Positions 10,218 to 20,180 are shown, counted from the first letter of the whole stretch. The stretch is DNA of 62,691 bases, filler included, from 6 parts of 6 records of this genome joined end to end with filler, not necessarily neighbours in it, one strand, 5' to 3'. Notes: generated from the letters alone by a model not told the origin. Numbers and translations are program-made.

Positions 10218-10652
10218 ATGACAAATAACCAAACAGCGTCGATCCCTCCCATGCTGCCGGGTGTTTTCACCCTTCCGCCTTACGGGGAAAAACCGCCTGC
10301 CCTGTTGGGAGGGTATTGCGCTCATTGTGAAACAACGTTTTTCCCAAAGCCACGATATTGCCCGCGGTGTCTGGAGACGCCCGAGTCCGTGGAGATCGGA
10401 AACAGGGGGGTCATTCACAGCTTTACCGTGGTGAGGACCAAGCCGCCCCTGGGATTGCCCCAACCCTATGGTGTAGGGTATGTGGATCTGGACGAAGATA
10501 TGGTCGGGGCGGGGCTTCGCGTTTTTTGTTTGTTCGATCCGGAGTCAATGGATCAGTTGCGGATCGGCGCGAAAGTTACGCTTCAGGTTGAACCCCTGGG
10601 TCATGACGGCCGGGGGGAGGCGCGTCTCAGGCCCTTTTTTAAACCGACTTGA
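10218..10652 (+). CDS. DUF35 zinc-ribbon/OB-fold thiolase partner
   Basis: CAHC...FFPKPRYCPRC zinc ribbon followed by GVIHSFTVV...PYGVGYVDL. Confidence 0.9.
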   Translation: MTNNQTASIPPMLPGVFTLPPYGEKPPALLGGYCAHCETTFFPKPRYCPRCLETPESVEIGNRGVIHSFTVVRTKPPLGLPQPYGVGYVDLDEDMVGAGLRVFCLFDPESMDQLRIGAKVTLQVEPLGHDGRGEARLRPFFKPT

Positions 10653-10673
10653 TGGGAGACGGGAAAGGTAAAA

Positions 10674-11819
10674 ATGGTTTCAGCAGCAGTGATCGGAGTG
10701 GGGATGATCCCCTTCGGAAAGCATGAACAGCAAACCCTGGTGGGCATGGGGGCCGAGGCATGCCGTATGGCCCTGAAAGATGCCGGCATTGCGCCTTCCC
10801 GGGTGGATGCGGCCTTTTTTTCAAGCGGACTGGCGCCAAAACTATTCGGCGATTTCACTGTGGGCCAGAATGTGTTCTGGGAAGTGGGGATCAACCGGAT
10901 TCCCGTGGTGAATGTGGAAAACGCCTGCACATCCGGGTCCACGGCCTTCTATCTGGCCTACAACATGGTGGCCGCGGGCCAGGCGGAAGCGGCGCTGGTT
11001 TGCGGCGCCGAAAAGATGTGCGTGACCGGCTTTGGCCTCATCAGTTCCGGAGAGAGCCAACTGGATACCCAGCTGGGAATGGTGGCCCCCGCGGGGTTCG
11101 CCCTCCGGGCCGCGCGCCATATGGCGGAATACGGTACCACAAAGGAGCAGTTGGCCAAGATATCGGTGAAAAACCGTGCGCACGGTGCCCAAAACCCCAT
11201 GGCCCAGTTCCGGGATCCTCTCACCGTGGAAGAGGTCCTTTCCTCCCCCATGATCGTGGACCCCCTGACGCGGTTTCAATGCTGCCCCATTGCGGACGGG
11301 GCCGCGGCGGTTTTGATTGCGGCGCCGTCCGTTGCGGCACGCCTTGCGCGCAAAATCAATGTGGAGTGTGCCGTGCTGGTCACCGGAAACTATGAAAACC
11401 CTCAAAATTTGGCCAATTGGGAGACGGATCGCCTGGGGGCTTCCAAAGCGTATGAAAAGGCGGGGATGGGGCCGGAAGACATCCATGTGGTGGAATGCCA
11501 CGACGCCTTTTCCATCTCCGAGATCCTGCACTATGAAGCCCTGGGGCTCTGTCCGCCGGGAGAAGGGGGACGGCTGGTGGATGAAGGGGTCGTGGCGTTG
11601 GGGGGACGGGTGCCGGTGAATCCCTCCGGCGGTCTCTTGAGCCGGGGTCATCCGGTTGGGGCCACGGGCGTGGCCCAGATCGTGGAAGTGGTCACCCAGC
11701 TTCGCCGTGAGGCGGGACCCCGCCAGGTGGAAGGTGCCAGGGTGGGCCTGGCCCATTGCATGGGGGGGGACAAGGACGGGGACAGCAAGTCGTGCACGGT
11801 CTCCATTTTTTCCGTGTAG
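10674..11819 (+). CDS. SCP2/SCP-x-type thiolase
   Basis: ENACTSGS catalytic Cys, HDAF, NPSGGLLSRGHPVGATG. Confidence 0.92.
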   Translation: MVSAAVIGVGMIPFGKHEQQTLVGMGAEACRMALKDAGIAPSRVDAAFFSSGLAPKLFGDFTVGQNVFWEVGINRIPVVNVENACTSGSTAFYLAYNMVAAGQAEAALVCGAEKMCVTGFGLISSGESQLDTQLGMVAPAGFALRAARHMAEYGTTKEQLAKISVKNRAHGAQNPMAQFRDPLTVEEVLSSPMIVDPLTRFQCCPIADGAAAVLIAAPSVAARLARKINVECAVLVTGNYENPQNLANWETDRLGASKAYEKAGMGPEDIHVVECHDAFSISEILHYEALGLCPPGEGGRLVDEGVVALGGRVPVNPSGGLLSRGHPVGATGVAQIVEVVTQLRREAGPRQVEGARVGLAHCMGGDKDGDSKSCTVSIFSV

Positions 11820-11841
11820 TATGGAGATGGATGAGAAGATC

Positions 11842-12300
11842 ATGGCAAAGGTTCATCATGTGGCTCTGTTCGTTGCGGATATGGATCGGGCTCGATACCT
11901 GTTTCAGGACATTTTGGGATTTGCCTTAGTATGGCATGCGCCCATGGTCAAGGGGAGCCGGATGGCCGCGCTTATGGGAATCCCGGATGTGCAAATGGAG
12001 ATCGCCTATCTGCAAGACGGCCCCGGCAATACGGCGGTGGAACTGTGTCGCATGATCCATCCTGTCAAGAATCGGAAACCGAAAGCTTTCGGAAGCCCGG
12101 GTACCGCTTCCCTGAGTCTTGAAGTGGGAAACCTGGACCCACTTCACAAACGTCTGACCCGGGAAGGCTGGTGCCCCTTATCCCCCTGCCTGGAGATGTG
12201 CGACCCCGAAGGGCATCCGGTCAGACTTTTCTGTTTTCCCGCGGAAGAAGGCATCATAGTGGAATTGATTGAAAACGCCCGGAAGAGAGGACAATTATGA
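11842..12300 (+). CDS. VOC/glyoxalase family protein
   Basis: VHHVALFVADMDRA...F.D.LGF, TAVEL, EGIIVELIE; start at 11821, 11827 or 11842, not 11656. Confidence 0.8.
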   Translation: MAKVHHVALFVADMDRARYLFQDILGFALVWHAPMVKGSRMAALMGIPDVQMEIAYLQDGPGNTAVELCRMIHPVKNRKPKAFGSPGTASLSLEVGNLDPLHKRLTREGWCPLSPCLEMCDPEGHPVRLFCFPAEEGIIVELIENARKRGQL

Positions 12301-12530
12301 AATTCATGGTTCCGGACCTGCCCCAACGTCTGAAAACGGATCGTTACCCGGACGAAAACGGCAACATGGTAATGACCGAAAGATTTTTGATGGATCGCGG
12401 GGTTTGCTGCGGAATGGGTTGCAGGCACTGCCCCTACACACCCAGACACAAGGCCGGGAACCGGGAAGTCTCCCATGGGTTGGGGGATGATCTTGAAAAT
12501 GGACCCATCTCCTTTGCAAAGCCTGCTTGA
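12297..12530 (+). CDS. DUF5522 small cysteine-rich protein
   Basis: NGNMVMTERFLMDRGVCCGMGCRHCPY motif; ATGA overlap with the VOC gene. Confidence 0.75.
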   Translation: MKFMVPDLPQRLKTDRYPDENGNMVMTERFLMDRGVCCGMGCRHCPYTPRHKAGNREVSHGLGDDLENGPISFAKPA

Positions 12531-12625
12531 CGAACCGCCGGAAGGCAGGCAACAGGCCCAGACGCCACCTCAACCGCACCATCCCGCCCCACATTTCTAA
12601 AAATGAATCGCATTCAAAAAAAGAC

Positions 12626-12682
12626 TTGACTGTGACGGTCTGTTCGGCTAATTGGTATATATATACCAATGGTACTACCATT
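12626..12682 (+). promoter_or_regulatory. promoter with tandem GntR/FadR-type operators
   Basis: TTGACT at 12626; palindromes ATTGGTATATATATACCAAT (12651-12670) and AATGGTACTACCATT (12668-12682), the latter fitting FadR-family TGGT-N3-ACCA; FadR gene lies in the downstream unit. Confidence 0.7.
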
Positions 12683-12818
12683 GAGTCCCCGGGCCGTAAA
12701 TGCCTCTACATTCCGTCAGAGCCCATGCCATGCAAATTTGCGCAACGTGTTTTCAGAAGATTCTTGACAAACAATCAACACACGTCCGTCACCTTTCCAT
12801 CCCAGAGGAGATGAAAAT

Positions 12819-13022
12819 ATGCACAGCGTCACCATAAATCACAGGCTCTGCCGTGGCTGCAAGCGATGCCATGAGATCTGCCCCTCGGACATTTTCATTT
12901 TTAATGACAAATTATTCCTGTTGGAAGTGGCCCATCCGGACGAATGCTGGTATTGCGGCGCATGCCTTTACGAATGCCCCGAGGGGGCCTTGGCGCTGAA
13001 GCTCCCCCTGGCCTGCCTGTAA
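12819..13022 (+). CDS. 2x[4Fe-4S] ferredoxin (AprB-like)
   Basis: CRGCKRCHEICP and ECWYCGACLYECP. Confidence 0.9.
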   Translation: MHSVTINHRLCRGCKRCHEICPSDIFIFNDKLFLLEVAHPDECWYCGACLYECPEGALALKLPLACL

Positions 13023-13113
13023 ATGTGAGACCTTTGCCTCTCAAATATGGTTTTGATGCATGAGCCCTAAAACCCGAAATTACGATTCCGGAATATAAGG
13101 AAAGGGGATACAG

Positions 13114-14841
13114 ATGACCGATAAGACGATCGAAACGGATGTCCTTGTGTTGGGCGGTGGACTCGCCGGCTGTTTTGCGGCCGTAAAGGCGGCTGAAAGG
13201 GGGGTCAATGTCGTCGTTTTCGAGAAAGCACACATCGATAGAAGCGGAAACGGTACAACGGGGCTCCATCGGATCCCATTGATACATCCGGAATACAATT
13301 TTTCCTATGAGGAATTCGCCCAAAAGAATGTTGCCTGGGCAGGCGGTATCGCCGACGAAGATGTCGGTTATGCCTTTGCCCGAGAAACCATGGATCGCGT
13401 CCTCGACCTGGAAGCATGGGGATTGAAATGCAGGAAGGAAGACGGAGAGTTTCTTTTCAAAAAGGCTTTGGATATTGCACCCGGCAATATCGTTATCTGG
13501 CCCACGGAAAAATCGGCCTGGCACAACCTGAAACCGATTCTGGCCCGAAAAGTCAAATCCTTTAAGAACGTGAGAGTCTTTAACCGGACCAGTGCCCTTT
13601 CCCTTTTAAATAGAGATGGGGAGGTCGGAAACCGTGTGATCGGCGCCCTGGCACTGCGCACCAGAACGGGGGAATTCATCACCTGTAAAGCCAAGGCGGT
13701 GATCCTGACCTCGGGGGGATCGTACCGTTTGGGCCGCAACAAAGACAGCCTTTACGCCCCCACACGATTTGTTGAATGCGGCGCCCCCACCAATGCGGGG
13801 GAGGGCCATGTCATGGCATACAGGGCGGGGGCGAGGCTGGTTAACCTGGAGTTTGCCAAATATTCAAATGTCTGGAAGGATTTTTCCCACTGGGGAGGGG
13901 GTCCCTGTTTTTCCCTGTGCACGCCCGTGGACGGAAGCGGAGAATCCATCAAACCCGAGATTGGAAAACCGAAAAATTTCAGTATCTATGAGAAGGTATT
14001 CAACGGCGGGTACGCCTCCCGGGGGCCCCTCTACTATGATGCTTCGCCGGTGGATGGCTATCCCAAGGAAGAGGGGGAGATGAAAGACTTTCTCATAGCC
14101 CTGGAAAATGAATCCACCCACCCGGCATACGCCCTTTGGATGAAGGAGCGGGGGGAGGATTTTCAAAAGAACCCGGTGGAGTTCGAAACCCATCCGGCCT
14201 ATCTCCACAACAACCAGGGGGGGATCCATATGAACGCCCGAGGGGAATCAAGCCTCAAAGGCCTTTATGTGGCCGGAGACGTCATCGGCGGCAGCTGGCG
14301 GCAGAGCAGCGCGGGGGCCTTTGTTTTCGGTGCCAAAGCGGGATTGAATGCGGCTGAATTCGTAAGCCGCCGAAAGGGCCGGGACGGTGTTAATCGGGAT
14401 CAGATAAAAATGGAGAAGGGTCGAATACGCGACCCCCTGACCGTCTCCCCTGATGACGGGTACAGCTGGATCGATCTGGAGGACAAAGCCCGAAAGATTG
14501 CAACGGAGTACGGCCCTCCCTTTACCAACGATGCAAAGCTCAAAAGAGGCATTCATCATCTGGCGAGGATCCAAAGAAGGTACTTGCCCCTGCTGTATGC
14601 AAGTACTCCGAGGGATCTCATGAGAGTGTCGGAAGTCAAAGGGATCTTCCACATTGTGGAGATGTTTCTAAAGGGCGCCTTGTTCAGGAAGGAAAGCCGC
14701 CATCCCATGGTCAGCATGCTCTATAAAACGGACCATCCGGAAAAAGATGACCGCAATTGGTTGACGCACACTTCCTATACCCATGAAAACGGGGAATTGA
14801 AGTTGGGTAAAAAAGCGGTGAAAACACTCAAAGGCGCCTGA
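13114..14841 (+). CDS. FAD-dependent oxidoreductase, AprA/SdhA/FrdA flavoprotein family (APS reductase-like paralog)
   Basis: DVLVLGGGLAG FAD-binding motif, EKAHIDRSG, GHVMAYRAGA, GLYVAGD, ALFRKESR. Confidence 0.85.
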   Translation: MTDKTIETDVLVLGGGLAGCFAAVKAAERGVNVVVFEKAHIDRSGNGTTGLHRIPLIHPEYNFSYEEFAQKNVAWAGGIADEDVGYAFARETMDRVLDLEAWGLKCRKEDGEFLFKKALDIAPGNIVIWPTEKSAWHNLKPILARKVKSFKNVRVFNRTSALSLLNRDGEVGNRVIGALALRTRTGEFITCKAKAVILTSGGSYRLGRNKDSLYAPTRFVECGAPTNAGEGHVMAYRAGARLVNLEFAKYSNVWKDFSHWGGGPCFSLCTPVDGSGESIKPEIGKPKNFSIYEKVFNGGYASRGPLYYDASPVDGYPKEEGEMKDFLIALENESTHPAYALWMKERGEDFQKNPVEFETHPAYLHNNQGGIHMNARGESSLKGLYVAGDVIGGSWRQSSAGAFVFGAKAGLNAAEFVSRRKGRDGVNRDQIKMEKGRIRDPLTVSPDDGYSWIDLEDKARKIATEYGPPFTNDAKLKRGIHHLARIQRRYLPLLYASTPRDLMRVSEVKGIFHIVEMFLKGALFRKESRHPMVSMLYKTDHPEKDDRNWLTHTSYTHENGELKLGKKAVKTLKGA

Positions 14842-14870
14842 TGTTTTCTAAAATGCCACAATCGGCGTGA

Positions 14871-15605
14871 ATGTTTCCAGGAGTCGACATGTTTCAACCG
14901 TACAAGGGCAGAAGAGCCTTTGAGGATATCGCGGACCAGATCAAGACGGCGATTTTGTCCGGAAAGTTGTGTTCGGGGGACAAGTTACCCTCGGAGAGAG
15001 ATTTGGCCAAGGAGTTCCAGGTGGGGCGAGTGAGCATTCGCGAAGCCTTGAGAATGCTGGAAACCATGGGGTTTGTAAAAATCAGAAAGGGGAGTGCCGG
15101 CGGGGCTTTTGTGGGGTCAGGGGATTTTGAGGGGATGGCTCCCCTGATCCTGGACAGGCTGCTGCTCAGGGGCACCACCCATCATATGATGATCGAATCC
15201 AGGATCACCCTGGAAACCGCCGCCATCGGGTCGGCCGTAGAACACGCAAACGCCCGGGATTTGGATAAGATATTGGAAAATGTGGAAGATTCAAAAGAAA
15301 TTCTGGGGGAGGAATACGCACGGGATGTTGTGGGCAGAATGATCCAATTTCACCTTCTGGTGGCGGAAGCCTCACACAATATTCCCTATATCATATTCAT
15401 AGAATCCATGATGGAATGGGCCACCCGAAGACTCGAAAAATGGATTCCCACCCCCGAAGAGCAGGAATTCTCTTACCTGTCCCACAAGAAAATGTATGAA
15501 TCCATCAAGAACCTGGACAAACCCCTTGCCGTTGATCTCATGGGGAGACATATCCGGGAGGTTGGAAAGCTGTTGGTTTCAGGTGGATCGGTATCACTTA
15601 CATAG
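14871..15605 (+). CDS. GntR family, FadR subfamily regulator
   Basis: GDKLPSERDLAKEFQVGRVSIREAL HTH plus FCD domain (FHLLVAEASHN); likely start 14889. Confidence 0.92.
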   Translation: MFPGVDMFQPYKGRRAFEDIADQIKTAILSGKLCSGDKLPSERDLAKEFQVGRVSIREALRMLETMGFVKIRKGSAGGAFVGSGDFEGMAPLILDRLLLRGTTHHMMIESRITLETAAIGSAVEHANARDLDKILENVEDSKEILGEEYARDVVGRMIQFHLLVAEASHNIPYIIFIESMMEWATRRLEKWIPTPEEQEFSYLSHKKMYESIKNLDKPLAVDLMGRHIREVGKLLVSGGSVSLT

Positions 15606-15725
15606 GAGGATATCAATCGTTGTAATTGGAATCTTTGGTTTCATGTTGAACGGGGTGCATCATAATTTGCGGCCCCGAAAGCAAGTGTATATTGGACCGG
15701 TAATTTTCTAAAAAAGGAGGGTTTC

Positions 15726-16763
15726 ATGGGAAAATGGCAATCAAAGATTTATGCGGGTGTTTTTTCAGCGGTCATCCTGTTCCTCTTCTCGGTTCCGGCT
15801 TTGGCGGATAAGCCCATAAATCTGAGGCTAAGCAGCTTTCTCCCTTCCGGGCACTTCATGAATGTCAAAATCATTAAGCCATGGATCGCGGACATTGAAA
15901 AAAGAACCAACGGAAAGGTGAAAATCAAGGTTTATGCCGGCGGCGCCCTGGGAAAGCCCCAGGAACAATACGACATGGCCGCGCGTGGTGTTGCCGATAT
16001 CACGTGGGGTATCCTGGCATACAGCCCCGGAAAATTCCCACTGGCGACGGTCGTGGAACTTCCGTTCATGTCGCCTTCGGCCGAGATCGGCAGTCGGATG
16101 GTGCAAAGGCTCTACGACCGGGGATACTTTGAAAATGAATTTGATGAAGTGAAGCTTTTGACCCTGGCCATGCCCCCCAACATGGATCTCCATTCGCGCA
16201 AGCACCCCGTCGAAAAGCTGGAGGATGTGAAGGGGATGAAGATCAGAACCCCTTCCGCAATGATCGGGGGGCTCATCAAAAACTGGGGCGGCGTACCCGT
16301 GGCCATGCCGGCCCCGGATGTGTACATGTCGTTGGAACGGGGGGTGATCGATTCCATCTTCCTCGACCCTTTAACGCTCATGGGTCTTAAAATCAATGAA
16401 GTCACCAAATACCATACCCGTGTGGGAATTTCCACCACCGTTCTGTTTTTTGCCATGAATAAAAAGACCTGGGAGGGTTTGCCGCCGGATGTGCAAAAGG
16501 TCTTTGATGAACTCTCGGGCGAGCACCTGGGGGCCGACTTGAACGGTAAAATTGCGGACAGGACCGTTTTGGGGGTTTTAAAAAAACTGGCGGCGTCGGG
16601 CGATACGGTCATCACCCTCACACCCCGGGAAATGGAAAGATGGAAAGAATCGTCCCAACCGGCTTTTGACGCCTGGTTGAAAGCAATGGAAAAGAGAGGT
16701 CTTCCCGGGAAAAAAGTCCTGGATGAAACTTACAGGCTCAGAAAAGAGCTGTCCGGTTCCTAA
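15726..16763 (+). CDS. dctP: TRAP transporter substrate-binding protein
   Basis: signal peptide; RTNGKVKIKVYAGGAL, LEDVKGMKIR, YMSLERGVID. Confidence 0.92.
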   Translation: MGKWQSKIYAGVFSAVILFLFSVPALADKPINLRLSSFLPSGHFMNVKIIKPWIADIEKRTNGKVKIKVYAGGALGKPQEQYDMAARGVADITWGILAYSPGKFPLATVVELPFMSPSAEIGSRMVQRLYDRGYFENEFDEVKLLTLAMPPNMDLHSRKHPVEKLEDVKGMKIRTPSAMIGGLIKNWGGVPVAMPAPDVYMSLERGVIDSIFLDPLTLMGLKINEVTKYHTRVGISTTVLFFAMNKKTWEGLPPDVQKVFDELSGEHLGADLNGKIADRTVLGVLKKLAASGDTVITLTPREMERWKESSQPAFDAWLKAMEKRGLPGKKVLDETYRLRKELSGS

Positions 16764-16781
16764 ATATCCTTCGGTATAGCG

Positions 16782-16821
16782 GGAAAAATCCCCCCGGCGG
16801 TATTTCCGCCGGGGTTTTTCC
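16782..16821 (+). terminator. Rho-independent terminator
   Basis: GGAAAAATCCCCCCGGCGG-TATTT-CCGCCGGGGTTTTTCC after dctP. Confidence 0.8.
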
Positions 16822-16884
16822 ATGAAAACCCCGGATTGTGTGGCGACCCCATGTGCGTGAAACAATTTGCCCAAGGGTTTAAAA

Positions 16885-16985
16885 ANNNNNNNNNNNNNNN
16901 NNNNNNNNNNNNNNNNNNNNNNNNNNNNNTTAATTAATTAANNNNNNNNNNNNNNNNNNNNNNNNNNNNNNNNNNNNNNNNNNNN
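16885..16985. other. contig-joining gap (N-run with TTAATTAATTAA linker)
   Basis: N-run with a stop-codon linker. Confidence 0.98.
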
Positions 16986-17213
16986 GGCATCCACCAGCCC
17001 GGCGTAGGCCAGATCCGACGGATGCACGGTCAACTCTTCCGTGGTGATAAGGCCGCACCCGCCCTTGGCCCGTTCACGGTAGTAATAAATATGGCGTTCG
17101 CTGATTTGATGGTCTTCGGACAGATTGGTGAGATGGGCCGCGAAATTGATCCGGTTGGGAAGCACAACCGAACCGATTTTCAGGGGGGAGAAGAGATATC
17201 GATATGCGCTCAC
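16986..17213 (-). CDS. mycofactocin-system FadH/OYE family oxidoreductase 2 (5' fragment, truncated by gap)
   Basis: GTG start overlapping upstream TGA; YRYLFSPLKIG...NRINFAAHLTNL...YYRERAKGGCGLITTEE. Confidence 0.8.
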
Positions 17214-19153
17214 AGCCCTTCTCCCGCTTTTCGTCCTTCGTAAACGGCCATGCCCATGTCTCTTGGCGCCACGCAATCGCCGACCCGGTAGAGCCTTTTT
17301 ACCCTCCCCTTCAATCGGCGGTACAGGCCGTCGTCCGCCCGGTTTCCCATATCCAGGACAACGGTGTCGTAATCCTCAAAAAAAATCGCGCTGTTCGTGT
17401 AAATATTTCTTGCTTTCACCCGGTTCCCACGGATTTCATCCACCACCACGTCGGTGATAAAGGAGACTCCTTTTTGAAGCAGGCGCTGGCGGGTCAAATA
17501 GAGATCCCCCAGGGGCCCCAGCTCAACGCCGATAAAAAGATCGCCGGTGGCCATATCCACCTTTTTCCCCTGATCCGCAAGCCTTTCCACGGTGGCGGCG
17601 GCATGGTGCCCGCCGTTTTCATCGATAAAGAGAACCTTTTCCCCCACCGGGTAACTTTCTTTCATCACATCCCACACATTCTGCACAAAAGGCGGACCGT
17701 AGTCTCCGGGAACGGGCCTTTTGATGGGTCTTGATCCCGTGGCAATGATCACCGCGTCCGGACGTTTCTCTTCAATCCATGATGGCGTCGCCTCGCATCC
17801 CGTGATGATGGGAACGCCCAGCTGTTCCAGCCGGTGGGTCAAATAGCGGATCACTTCCCACATGCCCCCCCGTCCAGCGCCCTTTATGAGGAGGGTCATC
17901 TGTCCTCCCACCCGGTCCGCCTTTTCGTACACAGCAACATCATGCCCCTTTTTTCGAGCGCTCAGGGCGGCCGCAAGACCTGCGGGACCGGCGCCCACAA
18001 CCAGAACTTTTTTTGCAGGGGGATCCTTCTTTTCAACAATGCCGGTTTTCTCGAAGCCCACCTCCGGATTCTGGATGCAGCTAAGGGTTTTGGACTGGTT
18101 GATGCGGCCGATGCATCCCTGGTTGTCCCGCACGCAATAGCGGATGTCCATGGGCCGGCCTTGGAGAGCCTTTTTGGGGCAGTCCGGATCGCAGATGAGA
18201 TTGCGGATGAGGCCGACGGCGTCCCCCTGCCCTGTTTCAAGAATCTCTTCCGCCATTTGGGGCGTATGGATCTGGTGACTGGCGATCACCGGAATATTCA
18301 CGGCGGATTTAATCCGGGCCGCCGTCTCGATGGTGAAGCCTGAGGGCGTGTGCATGGAGGGCATCAAAAGATGAAGGTTGTAGTAGGTGCCCACGGCCAC
18401 GTTGATGAACTGCGCCTGACCCTCTTCTTCAAAGACCTTGGCCATTTCACAGGATTCATCCGGGGCTATGGCGCCCCAGAACTTTTCGTCGGCGCACAAA
18501 CGGATGCCAAAGGTGAAATCGTCCCCGGTCTTTTGGCGGACCTCTTTTAATATATCAAGGGGGAGCCGCATGCGGTTTGTAAGGCTCCCCCCGTATTCAT
18601 CCTGCCGGTGATTGCTCAAAGGGGAGAGAAACTGCCTGAGAAGGGATTCGGGCCCCATATCGATCTCCAGGCCGTCGAATCCCCCTTCCCGCGCCCGGAC
18701 CGCGGCCCGTCCGAAGGCGTCTATTACCGCGGCCATGTCTTCCGGTTCCATGGGTTTGGCCGTCTCTCCGAAGGCGATGTCCGACAGGGCCGAAGGCCCC
18801 CACACCGCATGGCGTGTGACGGCGCCGCTCCCTTGAAAGCCGTGATGGTTCAATTGGGCGAATACGAGGGTGTCGAAATGGTGAATGGACCGGGTGAGTC
18901 TTTTGAAGTCTTCCACCGCATGGGAACCGTACGCTTCGATCATACCCTCCCACGGACGGTCATTTTCATGGATCGCCATCTCTCCCACCACAATCAGGCC
19001 GCATCCCCCTTCGGCCCTGCGCCGGTAGTAGGCAACATGGCCTTTGCTCAACCTCCCTTTCCGGGCAAAGTTGGTGCGGTGCGCCAGAAAACAGATGCGG
19101 TTTTTGAGGGTTTTAGTTCCAAAATTGATGGGGCTTTTGAGATGATCAAACAT
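17210..19153 (-). CDS. mycofactocin-system FadH/OYE family oxidoreductase 1 (FMN TIM barrel, Fe-S, FAD/NAD domains)
   Basis: NRICFLAHRTNF, RQDEYGGSLTNRMR, CVRDNQGC...CIQNP, VVGAGPAG; directly downstream of mftC. Confidence 0.88.
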   Translation of the reverse strand: MFDHLKSPINFGTKTLKNRICFLAHRTNFARKGRLSKGHVAYYRRRAEGGCGLIVVGEMAIHENDRPWEGMIEAYGSHAVEDFKRLTRSIHHFDTLVFAQLNHHGFQGSGAVTRHAVWGPSALSDIAFGETAKPMEPEDMAAVIDAFGRAAVRAREGGFDGLEIDMGPESLLRQFLSPLSNHRQDEYGGSLTNRMRLPLDILKEVRQKTGDDFTFGIRLCADEKFWGAIAPDESCEMAKVFEEEGQAQFINVAVGTYYNLHLLMPSMHTPSGFTIETAARIKSAVNIPVIASHQIHTPQMAEEILETGQGDAVGLIRNLICDPDCPKKALQGRPMDIRYCVRDNQGCIGRINQSKTLSCIQNPEVGFEKTGIVEKKDPPAKKVLVVGAGPAGLAAALSARKKGHDVAVYEKADRVGGQMTLLIKGAGRGGMWEVIRYLTHRLEQLGVPIITGCEATPSWIEEKRPDAVIIATGSRPIKRPVPGDYGPPFVQNVWDVMKESYPVGEKVLFIDENGGHHAAATVERLADQGKKVDMATGDLFIGVELGPLGDLYLTRQRLLQKGVSFITDVVVDEIRGNRVKARNIYTNSAIFFEDYDTVVLDMGNRADDGLYRRLKGRVKRLYRVGDCVAPRDMGMAVYEGRKAGEGL

Positions 19154-20180
19154 GGGATACCTGACGTCTGAAATCGGATCTCAAATTCACCAAACATTCC
19201 GGGTCCGGCATGTTGATGTCTTGGTAGGTGTGATAGGCCATTGCCGGGCACCCTCCCCGGCAGACCTCGAACCGTTCACAGGTCACGCAGGTCTCCACAT
19301 TCAGATTGCGCAACTCCCTAAAAACCGGGGCCTGGTCCCACATGGTCTTGAACGACCCGTCCCGAACGTTTCCCACCAGAAAGGGCGGTTCCTGCAAAAA
19401 GGCGCAGGGGTAGACATGGCCCGTGGGGGAGATGCAGCAGGTCATCTTGGCGGCCCCGCACATATCCAACCCCTTGCGCCGCCGGTTTTCTGAAGTAAGA
19501 CAAAAAAAGGAATCCCCCGTCCGCACCAGATCATGCCCTTCCAGCCACCGGGCAAAGGCCTCCAGCTGCCATTTTGCAGGCCCCAGCGAATCCCGGCTCC
19601 CCTTGGCCCTGCCGGACGGCCGGAACCGGGAAACCCGCAGTTCCGACCCGTAAGTGCCGGCTATTTTCCGGAGGTCTTCCAGTTGCGGGTAATTGGTGCG
19701 GGTCAAAACCGTGTTAAGGCTGAACTTCACCCCGTGGCGCGCCAGGCAATCGGCGGCTTTAAGGATCTTTTGGTAGGTCCCTTCACCCCTTATGGGATCG
19801 TTAACCTCCGCCGTGGCGCCGTCCAGGCTCACCTGCAAATAGAGCATCTTCAGCCGGGACAACTGCCGGGCCATTGCGTCGTCAATGAGCAGGCCGTTGG
19901 TGCTGACGCAGGTCACCAGCCCCTTTTCATGGCAATAATTCAGCAGATCCGGAAAATCGCCCCGGATGAACGGTTCCCCGCCGCCGATATTAACCTGAAA
20001 CACCCGGAGTGACGTCAATTGGTCCACCAGCTTGCGGCATTCACCATGGGTCAACTCGTTTTCACCGGGGAGACCCGCATCGGAAAGGCAGTGAACGCAA
20101 CGGAGATTGCATTTCAGGGTGATTTCCCAGGTGACGTTCACCGGCGCCCGAAGCCCCATTCTGGCCATTTTAGCACTCAA
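19146..20180 (-). CDS. mftC: mycofactocin radical SAM/SPASM maturase
   Basis: WEITLKCNLRCVHC, VNIGGGEP, QVSLDGA, RFRPSGR, SPASM cysteines (CGAAKMTC...YPC...CxxC...CRGGC...PDPEC); adjacent to mftAB. Confidence 0.93.
   Translation of the reverse strand: MSAKMARMGLRAPVNVTWEITLKCNLRCVHCLSDAGLPGENELTHGECRKLVDQLTSLRVFQVNIGGGEPFIRGDFPDLLNYCHEKGLVTCVSTNGLLIDDAMARQLSRLKMLYLQVSLDGATAEVNDPIRGEGTYQKILKAADCLARHGVKFSLNTVLTRTNYPQLEDLRKIAGTYGSELRVSRFRPSGRAKGSRDSLGPAKWQLEAFARWLEGHDLVRTGDSFFCLTSENRRRKGLDMCGAAKMTCCISPTGHVYPCAFLQEPPFLVGNVRDGSFKTMWDQAPVFRELRNLNVETCVTCERFEVCRGGCPAMAYHTYQDINMPDPECLVNLRSDFRRQVSHV

Noticed and set aside
12819-14841. Calling this pair dissimilatory aprBA
   Set aside because: Ferredoxin is only 67 aa without the AprB tail, the flavoprotein is divergent, and the context is FadR/DctP rather than sat/qmo
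16885-16985. TTAATTAATTAA palindrome within N-runs (five occurrences)
   Set aside because: Artificial contig linker, not biological; no functional linkage across gaps was inferred
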